Positions 36,370-45,920 of a DNA stretch of 64,000 nt are shown here, piece after piece; the stretch's first letter is position 1, and every line of letters starts with the position of its first letter. The translations under genes and the position numbers were made by a program. This DNA is from an uncultured Gaiellaceae bacterium. GTDB taxonomy: Bacteria > Actinomycetota > Thermoleophilia > Gaiellales > Gaiellaceae. Where the stretch lies: positions 31,859-95,858 of the forward strand of contig CAWHKD010000012.1 of NCBI GenBank assembly GCA_963829845.1. The letters are read 5' to 3'. The notes under the pieces were generated by a model that worked only from the letters and a program-made list of their open reading frames with translations, did no database searches and had not been told where the DNA came from.

Positions 36370-36753
36370 ACCTCGGGATATGCGGGCGCGAGCGGGTTTC
36401 TGCTCAAGGACGTTCCGGCCGAGACGCTCTTCGAAGCGGTGCGCGTGATTGCGGCAGGCGAGGCGCTCCTCGCCCCGGCGATCACCCGTCGACTTATCGC
36501 CGAGTTCGCCCGACTCCGGCCGCGACAACAGACGCGTCCTGATGCGCTTGCCGTGCTGACACCGCGCGAGACCGAGATCCTGGGCCTCGTCGCGGAGGGG
36601 CTCTCGAATCACGAGATCGCCGAGCGGCTGGTGCTCAGCGACGAGACCGTCAAGACGCATGTGAGCCATGTGCTCCGCAAGCTCGGGCTCCGCGACCGGG
36701 CGCAGGCGGTCGTCACCGCCTACGAGTCCGGCCTCGTCGTGCCCCGCGCGTAG
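36361..36753 (+). pseudogene. 5'-truncated NarL/LuxR-family response regulator (receiver domain lost, HTH intact)
   Basis: Homology starts at the end of a receiver domain (AGASGFLLKD), followed by the linker and a LuxR HTH (LTPRETEILGLVAEGLSNHEIAERLVLSDETVKTHVSHVLRKLG). The phospho-acceptor region is absent. Confidence 0.7.
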
Positions 36754-36756
36754 CCG

Positions 36757-37188
36757 TCAGTCGCGGCGGAAGAGCGAGCGCGCCGTGTCGTGCGCGTCGC
36801 TGTCGCGGGCCTGCCACACCCGCTCGACAAGGCTGCCGAGGACGTCGCGGATGCCGACCATCCCGAGCAGATGCTCGCCCTGGACGACGGGGACGTGCCG
36901 GATCCTGCGCTCACCCATCAGCTGCGCCGCGTCGAGGATCTGCACATCGGCCTCGACCGTGACCGGATCGCGTGTCATCACGTCGCCGACGTTCACGGCG
37001 TCGAGGTCGGTGCCGTCGCCCGCGAGTGCGAGCACGTCGCGCTCGGTGAAGATGCCGACGAGCCTACCCCCGTCGCAGACGGCGACCGAGCCGACGCTTT
37101 CCTCGAGCATCCGCAGCACCGCCAGGCGAGCGGAGTCGCCCGGCTCGACGGTCACGACACGCGTCCTCATCACGTCGCCGATCGCCAT
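36757..37188 (-). CDS. CBS domain pair protein
   Basis: ORF trimmed to ATG 37188. Two CBS repeats (VMRTRVVTVEPGDS..., VMTRDPVTVEADV...HVPVV). Confidence 0.85.
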   Translation of the reverse strand: MAIGDVMRTRVVTVEPGDSARLAVLRMLEESVGSVAVCDGGRLVGIFTERDVLALAGDGTDLDAVNVGDVMTRDPVTVEADVQILDAAQLMGERRIRHVPVVQGEHLLGMVGIRDVLGSLVERVWQARDSDAHDTARSLFRRD

Positions 37189-37210
37189 GGGCCGCAGAGT
37201 GTAACGCGTG

Positions 37211-38407
37211 TTACGAGGCGGGGGCGAGGGCGCCCGGCGTGTAGATGCCGAGCGGGTTCCAGAGCAGATAGCCGCGCGCACCCATCAGCCGAGCCGCCTC
37301 GATCTGCGCCTTCACCTCCGAGAGGCCGTAAGCGCGGCCGTAGGAGAAATCCTGCAGCCACGGGATCAGCTCGGCCTTCCCCTTTCCCTTCTTCAGCTCC
37401 CGCCGGAAGTCGGCGAGCGACCACTCGACCGTGGCGCCCGGCGACGCGTTCGGGTCCTCGAGCCCGTACTCGCCCGAGCCGTAGTGGGACGGGTAGACCA
37501 TCGGATAGATCGCGTCGACGTACTTCGAGATTCGGCGTGGGATCTGGCCGATGCCGAGGTCGCGCGTGGCGGACAGGCCGAAGACGTCGGCCGAGACGCG
37601 CACGCCGAGCGGCTTCAGGCGCTCGGTCGCGTAGTGGACGAACTGCGCGATCACCCAGCCGGGCGGGGTCGCCGTCTTCCTCGGATAGATGATCGAGTCG
37701 ACGTCGCCGTCGGTCGGGAAGCGGACGTAGTCGAACTGGATCTCGTCGAAGCCGGCTCGGGCGGCGACCTCCGCGATCGAGACGTTGTAGTCCCAGACCC
37801 GCTTGTCGTAGGGGTTCGTCCAGCCGAGGCCCGCATGGTTGTGCCAGACGGAGCCGTCCCGGTTCTTGATCGCGAGCGCCGGCTTGCCCTCGGCGAGGCG
37901 CGGATCCTCGAACGTGACGACCCGACCGATCAGGTAGACGCCCTTGCGGTGGATCAGCTTCGCCGCCTCGCGCGGCCGGTAATAGGGCTTCGCCGCGCCG
38001 ACGGCGCTCGCTAGGGGAACGGAGGACGGAATGAAGCCGATCTCGCCGTTCTCGTCCTTGACGTCGAGCTGGATCGTGTTCATCCCCTCGTCGACGAGCT
38101 TCAGGTACTCCGCGAGCTTGCCCTCGAGCGAGGCGAGCGCAATCGTGACGTGGATCCCGCGCACCTCCTCCGGGAGGGCCCGCGGCTGTTTCACAGGTAC
38201 CGGCTTCGCGGCGGGTTTTTTCGCCGGCTGCGGGCCGGCGACGGCGGCCCCGTCGTCGTCGATCACGAAACGCGCCCCGAGCGTCGCGGTCGCGGTCACC
38301 CCGAGCAGGAGCCCGAAGGCGACGGCGCGACGGCGCCTGCGTCGACGGCGTGCGGACTCACGACGCGCGCGGAACCGCTCATTCGGCTCCATTTGCTGGA
38401 ACAGCAT
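37211..38407 (-). CDS. DUF4015-type putative glycoside hydrolase, membrane anchored
   Basis: ORF 37211..38986 trimmed to ATG 38407 (or 38392). R-rich N-terminus plus TM, then VRGIHVT...IQLDVKDENGEIGF...FDEIQFDYVRFP, typical of DUF4015. Confidence 0.75.
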   Translation of the reverse strand: MLFQQMEPNERFRARRESARRRRRRRRAVAFGLLLGVTATATLGARFVIDDDGAAVAGPQPAKKPAAKPVPVKQPRALPEEVRGIHVTIALASLEGKLAEYLKLVDEGMNTIQLDVKDENGEIGFIPSSVPLASAVGAAKPYYRPREAAKLIHRKGVYLIGRVVTFEDPRLAEGKPALAIKNRDGSVWHNHAGLGWTNPYDKRVWDYNVSIAEVAARAGFDEIQFDYVRFPTDGDVDSIIYPRKTATPPGWVIAQFVHYATERLKPLGVRVSADVFGLSATRDLGIGQIPRRISKYVDAIYPMVYPSHYGSGEYGLEDPNASPGATVEWSLADFRRELKKGKGKAELIPWLQDFSYGRAYGLSEVKAQIEAARLMGARGYLLWNPLGIYTPGALAPAS

Positions 38408-38458
38408 CGACACGGGGCGCGAACAGTATGTGGAAAACGTGTGTCTTGCAACGGACCT

Positions 38459-38464
38459 TAGAAT
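38459..38464 (+). promoter_or_regulatory. possible -10 element (TAGAAT) for a leaderless dcd transcript
   Basis: TAGAAT lies 6 nt upstream of the dcd GTG, and no SD-like sequence lies between them. Confidence 0.3.
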
Positions 38465-38470
38465 CCGCGC

Positions 38471-39037
38471 GTGGTTCTCAGCGACGTCACGATCCGCCGC
38501 CTGCTCGACGAGAGAAGGATCGAAGTCGAGCCGTACGACGACTCGCTGATGCAGCCGTCGAGTCTGGATGTGCGCGTCGACCGCTACTTCCGCGTCTTCC
38601 GCAACTCCCGCTACCCGTTCATCGACGTCAAGCTGGAGCAGGAGGAGCTGACAGAGCTCGTCGAGATCGACGACGAGACGCCGTTCATCCTGCATCCGGG
38701 CGAATTCGTGCTCGGTTCGACGCTCGAGCGGGTGCGGCTGCCCGACGACCTCGTCGCGCGCCTCGAGGGGAAGAGCTCGCTGGGGCGGCTCGGACTCCTG
38801 ATCCACTCGACGGCAGGCTTCATCGACCCGGGTTGGGACGGCCACGTGACGCTCGAGCTCTCGAACGTCGCAAACCTGCCGATCACGATCTACCACGGGA
38901 TGAAGATCGGCCAGCTCTCGTTCGTCCAGCTCAGCGAGCCGGCCGAAAAGCCGTATGGCTCGGGTGGGCTCGGCTCCAAGTATCAAGGTCAGAAGGGGCC
39001 GACGCCGAGCCGCTACTGGAAGAATTTCGAGTCGTGA
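38471..39037 (+). CDS. dcd: dCTP deaminase
   Basis: 188 aa. [21 protein letters not shown] and [11 protein letters not shown] motifs. Confidence 0.93.
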   Translation: MVLSDVTIRRLLDERRIEVEPYDDSLMQPSSLDVRVDRYFRVFRNSRYPFIDVKLEQEELTELVEIDDETPFILHPGEFVLGSTLERVRLPDDLVARLEGKSSLGRLGLLIHSTAGFIDPGWDGHVTLELSNVANLPITIYHGMKIGQLSFVQLSEPAEKPYGSGGLGSKYQGQKGPTPSRYWKNFES

Positions 39038-39915
39038 AGATTCTCGTCACCGGCGCCACCGGCTTCGTCGGACCGTCGGTCGTCCGGCGACTCGTCGACG
39101 ACGGGCACACCGTCCGCGTGCTCGAGCACACGGCGGGATCGAGCGCAGCGCTGCCGAGCCAGGAAGCTGTCCAGGGCTCGATGACAGACGCGGCAAGCCT
39201 CCGCGCCGCCGCCGCAGGGCAGGACGCAGTTGTCCACCTCGTCGCGATCATCACCGGGAAGCCCGAGGAGTTCCGGAGCGTGATGGAACATGGGACACGC
39301 GACCTGCTCGAGGCCTCGCGCGAGGCTGGTGTGCGGCGGTTCGTGCTGATGTCGGCGCTCGGTACGACCGAGGACACCAAGGATCTCGTCCCCTACTACG
39401 CGGCAAAGTGGCAGATGGAGCAGGACGCGAAAGCCTCCGGGCTCGAGCACGTGATCTTTCGGCCCAGCTTCATCTTTGGCGCCGAGGGCGGAGCGCTCGG
39501 TCAGTTCAAGAAGATCGCGAAGCTGGCGCCGGTGACCCCGATCGTCGGGCCGGGAACGCAGCGGATCCAGCCGATCTGGGTCGAGGACGTGGCCGCATAC
39601 TTCGCCGCGGGAATCGAGAAACCGGCGGCAGCGAACCGGACGTTCGAGCTCGGCGGCCCGGATACGGTCACGTGGAACGAGTTCTGGTCGCGGCTGAAGC
39701 AGGCGCAGGGCTCGCGTCGGCCGAGCATCCACCTGCCGTTCGGCCTGATGCGGGCGCAGGCGGCGGTGCTGGAGAAGCTGCCGAATCCGCCCGTGACCCG
39801 CGACCAGCTGAAAATGCTCGCAGCCGGCGACAACGTCGTCTCGAACTCGGACGCCGTCGACACGTTTCGCCTTCCGCTCGTTCCGCTCGACGAGCAGCTG
39901 CGCCGCGCTGTCTAG
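39034..39915 (+). CDS. NAD(P)H-binding atypical SDR (NDUFA9/NmrA-like)
   Basis: GTG 39034 overlaps the dcd stop (GTGA). Rossmann opening [12 protein letters not shown]. In the frame of ORF 38350..39915. Confidence 0.82.
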   Translation: MKILVTGATGFVGPSVVRRLVDDGHTVRVLEHTAGSSAALPSQEAVQGSMTDAASLRAAAAGQDAVVHLVAIITGKPEEFRSVMEHGTRDLLEASREAGVRRFVLMSALGTTEDTKDLVPYYAAKWQMEQDAKASGLEHVIFRPSFIFGAEGGALGQFKKIAKLAPVTPIVGPGTQRIQPIWVEDVAAYFAAGIEKPAAANRTFELGGPDTVTWNEFWSRLKQAQGSRRPSIHLPFGLMRAQAAVLEKLPNPPVTRDQLKMLAAGDNVVSNSDAVDTFRLPLVPLDEQLRRAV

Positions 39916-40161
39916 TTGCGCAAGATCAGATCCGCGATGAGCGGATCCCGATCGCGCGAAAGACCCCTAAAGGGAGTTGCGCAAGATCAGGATCCGCGAT
40001 GAGCGGATCCCGATCGCGCGAGAGACCCCTAAAGAGGGCCGCAGGCGGCCTCGCCCCTGATTGGGAGCCGGGCGACCCTTCGGGGATCTTTGCGCGAAGG
40101 GGATCTGCGTCCACAGATCCCCTTCCTGCGCAATAGACCGAGGGCCGCTTTCGCGGCCCTC
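39916..40161 (+). repeat. cluster of three tandem copies (one truncated) of a ~61-76-nt two-hairpin repeat element (REP/BIME-like)
   Basis: Copy A1 is 39916-39976 and A2 is 39977-40052. They share a 61-nt unit that differs only by a 1-nt indel and a few substitutions. A3 (40090-40161) is a diverged copy. Each starts with TTGCGC(A/G)AAG and has hairpin 1 (GATCAGGATCCGC/GCGGATCCCGATC, or AAGGGGATCTG/CAGATCCCCTT). Hairpin 2 (GGGCCGC-loop-GCGGCCC) is present in A2 and A3. Confidence 0.75.
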
Positions 40162-40428
40162 AGATCCTCGGTACCAGCCTGTATTGGCAGAGACGCTTCC
40201 TGCCGAAGCGGCGCGTCAGGTGCCGGTGTCGACACCGTCATCCGCGGGCCCCATACGCTGGCTAGACGATTCCCCTTGCAGGTCCCAGGGGCACGTCCCT
40301 ACCGGCTGACACCTCCACTGCCCGTACTGGAAATCTCCACTGCCGGACCACCTCCTTTCCGCGGATATCCGGAATGTAGCAGGCGGCCGCGACGTACCAT
40401 GTCAGCCGAGCCGCGGGGCCGAGTGCGG

Positions 40429-40740
40429 CTAGCGCACCTCGACCTTGACCCAGCCGTCCTCGACCTTCACCGGGAACGTGTCGACCGGCTGGTACGCCGG
40501 CAGCGTCAGCGGCCGCCCCGTCGTGATGTCGAAGCGGGAGCCGTGGCGCGGGCAGACGGCGACGCACTCGTCCTCCTCCCACACGCCCTCGCAGAGCGGC
40601 CCGTCGTCGTGCGAGCAGCGGTCCTCGATCGCGTAGTAACTGCCGCCGCAGTTGTAGACCCCGATCGCGAGCGGCCCCGACCAGACGATCTTCACGTGCC
40701 CCGGCGGCAGCTCGGCGACCGGGCAGACGTCGACCGTCAC
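40429..40740 (-). CDS. Rieske [2Fe-2S] ferredoxin-like protein of the suf cluster
   Basis: GTG 40740 overlaps the sufU stop (GTGA). CSHDDGPL...CPRHGSRF Rieske motifs. 103 aa. Confidence 0.85.
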   Translation of the reverse strand: MTVDVCPVAELPPGHVKIVWSGPLAIGVYNCGGSYYAIEDRCSHDDGPLCEGVWEEDECVAVCPRHGSRFDITTGRPLTLPAYQPVDTFPVKVEDGWVKVEVR

Positions 40741-41168
40741 GTAATCGTCAGGTCGTCGCCCTGTGTCCACTCGTCCGGCAGCGGCGTGCCCTTCGACTTG
40801 TGCAGGGCGACCTTCAGCACGCCGAGGCCGAGGAGCGCGCACTTCAGCCGGACCGGGGTCAGCGGAATCCCGATCTCCTCGAGCAGCTCTTCCTTCGGCA
40901 TCCGCGCGATCTCGTCGGCGTTCCGCCCGACCACGATCTCCGTCAGCATCGACGTCGCCGCCTGCGAGATCGCGCAGCCGCGGCCCTCGAAGCCGACCTC
41001 GGAGATCGTCTCGCCGTCGAAGCGGAGCGAGACGGTCACCTCGTCGCCGCAAAGCGGGTTCTGCCCCTCCGCCCGAGCGTCGGCAGCGTCGAGCAGCCCG
41101 TGTCCGCGCGGGTTCTTGTAGTGGTCGAGGATGACCTCCCGATACAGCTGGTCGAACTCGCTGCTCAT
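40737..41168 (-). CDS. sufU: SufU (IscU/NifU-like) sulfur-transfer scaffold
   Basis: NPLCGD, GCAIS and LKCALL motifs. 143 aa. Confidence 0.9.
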   Translation of the reverse strand: MSSEFDQLYREVILDHYKNPRGHGLLDAADARAEGQNPLCGDEVTVSLRFDGETISEVGFEGRGCAISQAATSMLTEIVVGRNADEIARMPKEELLEEIGIPLTPVRLKCALLGLGVLKVALHKSKGTPLPDEWTQGDDLTIT

Positions 41169-41244
41169 GCCTCTGGCCGCCTACCCATGCTGTTCCACCG
41201 GCCTACGCACCGCCAGCGCGATCTCAGAGACATGAGCAGAACCG

Positions 41245-42489
41245 TCATCCCAGGTGCTGCTTGACCTTGTGCAACCCCTCGACGAGGCGGTCGATCTCCT
41301 CTGGGATCGTGTAGAGGTAGAAGCTCGCGCGGGTGGTTGCGGCGACGCCGAGGCGGGCCATCAACGGCTGCGTGCAGTGGTGGCCGGCGCGGACGGCGAC
41401 GCCTTCCCAGTCGAGGATCTGGGCGACGTCGTGCGGGTGGATCCCGGTCACGTCGAAGGAGACGATTCCGGCCCGGCGCTCGACCGGGGGGCCGAAGACG
41501 CGAACGAAGTCGAGCTCCGAGAGCTTGCCGAGCGCGTACTCGGTCAGCTCGTGCTCGTGACGCTCGATCGCGTCCAGCCCGATCTCGGAGAGGTAGTCGA
41601 TCGCAACGCCGAAGCCGTAGGCCTCGGCGATCGCGGGCGTCCCGGCCTCGAACTTGTACGGCAGCTCGTTCCAGCTCGTCCGGTCGAGCGCGACCGAGCG
41701 GATCATCTCGCCGCCGAGGTTGAACGGCGACATCCGCTCCAGCAACTCGGCCTTGCCCCAGAGGGCGCCGACGCCGGAGGGGCCGCAGAGCTTGTGCGAG
41801 GAGAGAGCGAGGAAGTCACACCCGAGCGCCTGCACGTCGATCGCCCGGTGCGGCGCAGCCTGGGCGGCGTCGACAACCATGATCGCGCCCTGCTCGTGCG
41901 CCCAGGCGGCCAGCTTCTCGACGGGGTTGATCGTCCCGAGCGAGTTCGAGACGAGGTTGTTGGCGACGATCTTGACCTTCCCGGACGCCGCGATCTCGTC
42001 GAGCGCGTCCAGCTGCAGCTCGCCCGCGTCGTCGATCGGAATGTGCCGGAAGCTCGCACCCGTGCGGTTGGCGACGAACTGCCAGGGGACGAAGTTCGAG
42101 TGGTGCTCGAGCTCGGTGATCACGACGACGTCGCCGGGGCCGAGGTTGTCGAGACCCCAGGCGTAGGCGACGAGGTTGAGCCCTTCCGTGGCGCTGCGGA
42201 CGAAGACGACCTCACGCGTCGAGGGGGCGTTGACGAACGCGCGCACCTTCTCGCGCGCGCCCTCGTAGCCCTCCGTCGCGCGCTCCGCAAGCCGGTAGAC
42301 ACCGCGATGCACATTTGCGTACCGATGCTCGTAGAAGTCCCGGAGCGCGTCCAGGACCTGGCGCGGCTTCTGGGTCGAGGCCGCCGAGTCGAGGAACGCG
42401 ACGGGCTTGCCGTTCGAGAGGTCCTCGAGATACGGGAAGTCGGCGCGGATGCGCTGGACGTCGAGCTTCGCCTGGGCCGTTACCGCCAC
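41245..42489 (-). CDS. sufS: cysteine desulfurase SufS
   Basis: 414 aa. SSHKLCGPSGVG (PLP Lys) and RAGHHCTQPL (catalytic Cys). Confidence 0.93.
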   Translation of the reverse strand: MAVTAQAKLDVQRIRADFPYLEDLSNGKPVAFLDSAASTQKPRQVLDALRDFYEHRYANVHRGVYRLAERATEGYEGAREKVRAFVNAPSTREVVFVRSATEGLNLVAYAWGLDNLGPGDVVVITELEHHSNFVPWQFVANRTGASFRHIPIDDAGELQLDALDEIAASGKVKIVANNLVSNSLGTINPVEKLAAWAHEQGAIMVVDAAQAAPHRAIDVQALGCDFLALSSHKLCGPSGVGALWGKAELLERMSPFNLGGEMIRSVALDRTSWNELPYKFEAGTPAIAEAYGFGVAIDYLSEIGLDAIERHEHELTEYALGKLSELDFVRVFGPPVERRAGIVSFDVTGIHPHDVAQILDWEGVAVRAGHHCTQPLMARLGVAATTRASFYLYTIPEEIDRLVEGLHKVKQHLG

Positions 42490-42505
42490 GGGTCCATGGT
42501 ACGTG

Positions 42506-43126
42506 TCAGGGCCTCGGATCGACCTTGCCGTTGCCGTGAGCGCGCTCGGCGATCTCGCGCTCGCGCTCGACGGCCGTCGCCGCGCCGGCGAGCAGTTCGG
42601 CGAGCAGCTTCATCCGCCGCCGCTCAGAGGTCAGCTGGAGCAGCCGCTGCTTCAGCTCCGGAGCGAACTCGAAGCGACCGGCGAGCTCGAACGAGAGCTG
42701 TGGGACGTCGAGCCGGGGCTCCTCGACCTCCGCGCCGGTGAGATCGACCAGGCGCTGGTAGAGCTCGAGCGCGTGCTCGGTGTCGTCCGGGTCGGCGTCG
42801 TCAGGCTCGTCGGCGATCGCCTCGACGATCCCGGTCTGGAACGAGCGCCCCTCGGTCAGCTCGACGAGGCGGAACCGCTCGCGGCCCTCGGCGACAATGT
42901 TCAGGCGCCCGTCGTCGAAGCGATCGAGCACCTCGGTCACGGCTGCGTAGGTGCCGATCTCGCGGAGCCCGTCCTCGTCGGCGAAGACGAGCCCGAACTC
43001 GCGTTCCTCGGCGAGGCACTCACCGATCAGCTCCTGGTAGCGCTCTTCGAAGATGTGCAGCGGAATCTGCTCTGTCGGGAGCAGGACAATCCCGAGCGGG
43101 AAGAGGCCGAGCTCGCTCATCGCCAA
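42506..43126 (-). CDS. LON N-terminal substrate-binding domain protein
   Basis: LFPLGIVLLPTEQIPLHIFEERYQELI. 206 aa. Start is TTG 43126 or ATG 43120. Lies 17 nt upstream of sufS. Confidence 0.8.
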   Translation of the reverse strand: MAMSELGLFPLGIVLLPTEQIPLHIFEERYQELIGECLAEEREFGLVFADEDGLREIGTYAAVTEVLDRFDDGRLNIVAEGRERFRLVELTEGRSFQTGIVEAIADEPDDADPDDTEHALELYQRLVDLTGAEVEEPRLDVPQLSFELAGRFEFAPELKQRLLQLTSERRRMKLLAELLAGAATAVEREREIAERAHGNGKVDPRP

Positions 43127-43129
43127 AGC

Positions 43130-43774
43130 CTAGACGCGCTCGAACGCCGCAATCCGAAAGAGCGGCCCGTTCTTCTCGGAGACGCGGGCGAGGCCGTGCG
43201 CCTCGACGGCGCGCTCGATTGCGGCCTGCGGATGGATGAAGATGCGGAAGCGGCGGCCCCGCAGCCGCAGGTAGGTGTTCGCCGTCGCGAAGCCGACCTT
43301 CGCCCACCAGACCTGGCGCGGGAAGCTGAGCACGAGACCCCTGCGCGCCAGCGAGGCGGCGATGCCCGCGAGCTCGATCCCGTCGGGAGTGCAGCAGACG
43401 ACCTTGTTCATCACGACCAGGTCGACGGGTGCAGCCGACGTCGGATCGGCGACGAGGTCCGCCGTCCGGAACGTCATCCGCTCGGCCACTCCGGCCTCGG
43501 CGGCGAGATCGCGAACGAACGGCTCGTAGGCCGGCAGAAGCTCGACGACCTCGGCCGAGGCAGCGCCCGCCTTCAGCAGCTCGAGCGCGACCTGGCCCAC
43601 ACCACCCCCGATCTCGAGCACGCTGGTGCCTTCGACGCCACGCGCAGCCGCCCGCCGCGCGAGCGAGCGGGCCATCGGATCAGGCCCCTTGCGCCGGTAC
43701 TTGCGCGCGTCGTGGGCCGCCGTCTTCTCGCCGAAGAACTCCTCCTGGCCATCGCGGGCGCAACAGCCGGTCAT
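43130..43774 (-). CDS. class I SAM-dependent methyltransferase
   Basis: ORF 43130..44029 trimmed to ATG 43774, which overlaps the MaoC stop (ATGA). Motif I is VLEIGGGVG. Confidence 0.8.
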   Translation of the reverse strand: MTGCCARDGQEEFFGEKTAAHDARKYRRKGPDPMARSLARRAAARGVEGTSVLEIGGGVGQVALELLKAGAASAEVVELLPAYEPFVRDLAAEAGVAERMTFRTADLVADPTSAAPVDLVVMNKVVCCTPDGIELAGIAASLARRGLVLSFPRQVWWAKVGFATANTYLRLRGRRFRIFIHPQAAIERAVEAHGLARVSEKNGPLFRIAAFERV

Positions 43775-44217
43775 GCCGGACGCCGCCCGAAGTGGGCGCG
43801 CGACGTCATCGCCATCACGGTGACGCCATCCTGGTTCACCATCTCGCCCCGGATCCGGATGGTGCCACGGTCCGGACGGGTTGCAGACGGGGTCGTCTCG
43901 AGAACCGTCAGCCGACCGGTGAGCGTGTCGCCCGGGCGTACCGGAGCAAGCCAGCGCAGCTCCTCGATCCCAGGTGATCCCATCGCCGCCGAGCCGTCGA
44001 GCAGTGAATCGACGTAGAGCCGCATCCACATCGCGCCCGTGTGCCAGCCGCTCGCGATCAGGCCGCCGAAGACCGAGCTCTTCGCCGCCTCTGGGTCGAC
44101 GTGGAACGGCTGCGGGTCGAACTGGCGCGCGAAGTCGAGCATCTCCGCCTCGGTGACGGTGCGGCTGCCGAGCTCGACCACCTGCTCGGGGGCCAGATCC
44201 TCGAAGAAGAGCGGCAT
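43771..44217 (-). CDS. MaoC-family (R)-specific enoyl-CoA hydratase/dehydratase
   Basis: 148 aa. [13 protein letters not shown] and GGLIASGWH hot-dog motifs. Confidence 0.85.
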   Translation of the reverse strand: MPLFFEDLAPEQVVELGSRTVTEAEMLDFARQFDPQPFHVDPEAAKSSVFGGLIASGWHTGAMWMRLYVDSLLDGSAAMGSPGIEELRWLAPVRPGDTLTGRLTVLETTPSATRPDRGTIRIRGEMVNQDGVTVMAMTSRAHFGRRPA

Positions 44218-44237
44218 CCGTTCAGCCTACGGTTATC

Positions 44238-45920
44238 GTGCCCGGGACGGTGAGCGACTACGTCTTCACGATGTACCGGGCCGACAAGTTCTACGGCCCC
44301 GACCGGCAGGTGCTGGCGAACATCTCGCTCAGCTTCCTGCCCGGCGCCAAGATCGGCGTGCTCGGGCCGAACGGGGCCGGCAAGTCGACGCTGCTGCGGA
44401 TCATGGCCGAGCTGGAGGAGCCGTCGAGTGGCGTCGCCGAGCTGGCGCCGGGCGCGACGGTCGGCATGCTGGCGCAGGAGCCGGAGCTCGATCCGGCGCG
44501 GACGGTGCGCGAGAACGTGGAGGACGGCGTCCGCGAGCTCCGCGACCTGCTCGACCGCTTCAACCGGATCTCGGCCCAGTTCGCCGAGCCGGACGCCGAC
44601 TTCGACGCGCTCCTCGCGGAGCAGGCCAAGGTGCAGGATCAGATCGACCGCGCCGACGCCTGGAATCTCGAAGCAACGCTCGATCGCGCGATGGATGCGC
44701 TGCGGCTACCCGAGGGCGACCGCGACGTGACGACGCTCTCGGGCGGCGAGCGGCGGCGCGTCGCACTCGCCCGGCTGCTCCTCTCGTCGCCGGACCTGCT
44801 CCTGCTCGACGAGCCGACGAACCACCTCGACGCCGAGTCGGTCGCGTGGCTGGAGCGCTTCCTCGAGCAGTACAAGGGGACGGTCGTGGCCGTCACGCAC
44901 GACCGCTACTTCCTGGACAACGTCGCCGGCTGGATCCTCGAGCTCGACCGCGGCAAGGGGCTCCCGTTCGAGGGCAACTACTCCTCCTGGCTCGAGCAGA
45001 AGCAGGCGCGGCTGGCCGTCGAGGAGAAGCAGGAGTCCGCGCGGCGACGCACCCTCGCCCGCGAGCTCGAGTGGGTGCGCGCGAGCCCGAAGGCGCGCCA
45101 CGCGAAGGCGAAGGCACGCCTGACGCAGTACGAGAAGCTGCTCGCCGACGACCAGAACGTCAGGCTCGACAAGGTCGAGATCCACATCCCGGCCGGCCCG
45201 CGGCTCGGCGACGTCGTCGTCGACGCGGAGGGCGTCTCGAAGGGCTTCGGCGACCGCCTCCTCGTCGAGGACATGACCTTCTCGCTCCCGCCCGGCGGCA
45301 TCGTCGGCGTGATCGGCCCGAACGGGGCCGGCAAGACGACGCTGTTCCGAATGATCGCGGGCGAGGAGACGCCGGACGCCGGCGCGCTCAAGGTCGGCGA
45401 GACGGTCGAGCTCGCGTACGTCGACCAGGCGAGAGCCGATCTGACGCCGGAGAACACCGTCTGGAAGGAGATCTCCGGCAACCAGGACGTGATCGAGCTC
45501 GGCAAGAGGGAAGTGAACTCGCGCCAGTACGTCTCCTGGTTCAACTTCCGCGGTTCCGACCAGCAGAAGCGCGTCGGCGACCTCTCGGGCGGGGAGCGCA
45601 ACCGCGTCCATCTCGCGAAGCTGCTGCGCAGCGGCGGCAACGTGCTCCTGCTGGACGAGCCGACCAACGATCTCGACGTCGACACGCTGCGCGCGCTCGA
45701 GGAGGCGCTGCTCGACTTCGCCGGCTGCGCGGTGGTGATCTCGCACGATCGCTGGTTCCTCGACCGGATCGCGACCCACATCCTCGCCTTCGAGGGCGAC
45801 AGCCAGGTGACGTGGTTCGAGGGCAGCTACGAGGAGTACGCCGACTGGGTCAAGGAGACCCGCGGCGCCGACGCGCTCGAGCCGCATCGGATCAAGTACA
45901 AGCCGCTCGTCCGCGCGTGA
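44238..45920 (+). CDS. ettA: ABC-F translational throttle protein EttA
   Basis: [13 protein letters not shown] opening and two ABC modules (GPNGAGKST twice). Collinear with E. coli EttA. Start is GTG 44238 or 44250. Confidence 0.92.
   Translation: MPGTVSDYVFTMYRADKFYGPDRQVLANISLSFLPGAKIGVLGPNGAGKSTLLRIMAELEEPSSGVAELAPGATVGMLAQEPELDPARTVRENVEDGVRELRDLLDRFNRISAQFAEPDADFDALLAEQAKVQDQIDRADAWNLEATLDRAMDALRLPEGDRDVTTLSGGERRRVALARLLLSSPDLLLLDEPTNHLDAESVAWLERFLEQYKGTVVAVTHDRYFLDNVAGWILELDRGKGLPFEGNYSSWLEQKQARLAVEEKQESARRRTLARELEWVRASPKARHAKAKARLTQYEKLLADDQNVRLDKVEIHIPAGPRLGDVVVDAEGVSKGFGDRLLVEDMTFSLPPGGIVGVIGPNGAGKTTLFRMIAGEETPDAGALKVGETVELAYVDQARADLTPENTVWKEISGNQDVIELGKREVNSRQYVSWFNFRGSDQQKRVGDLSGGERNRVHLAKLLRSGGNVLLLDEPTNDLDVDTLRALEEALLDFAGCAVVISHDRWFLDRIATHILAFEGDSQVTWFEGSYEEYADWVKETRGADALEPHRIKYKPLVRA

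Noticed and set aside
37211-38986. Long N-terminal extensions of several track ORFs (37211..38986, 47470..50217, 43130..44029, 57150..58325, 17621..18574, 14043..15452)
   Set aside because: The extensions are R/P/A-rich and overlap neighbouring genes on the opposite or same strand. Internal starts with SD sequences, signal peptides or 4-nt stop/start overlaps give products of the expected family length. I therefore trimmed the starts.
39916-40052. Direct repeats that might be a CRISPR array
   Set aside because: There are only two full units, directly abutting with no spacers. The 61-nt period is too long, and no cas genes are present. The third and fourth copies are diverged and dispersed. 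This behaves like a REP-type element, not CRISPR.
40340-40400. Resemblance of TCCGGAATGTAGCAGGCGG to the 3' side of bacterial 4.5S/SRP RNA (GCCGGGAUGUAGCUGGCAGG)
   Set aside because: The essential domain IV partner (GGUCCGGAAGGAAGCAGCC-like, with its GNAR loop) is not present upstream in the right orientation. The match is a short partial string only.
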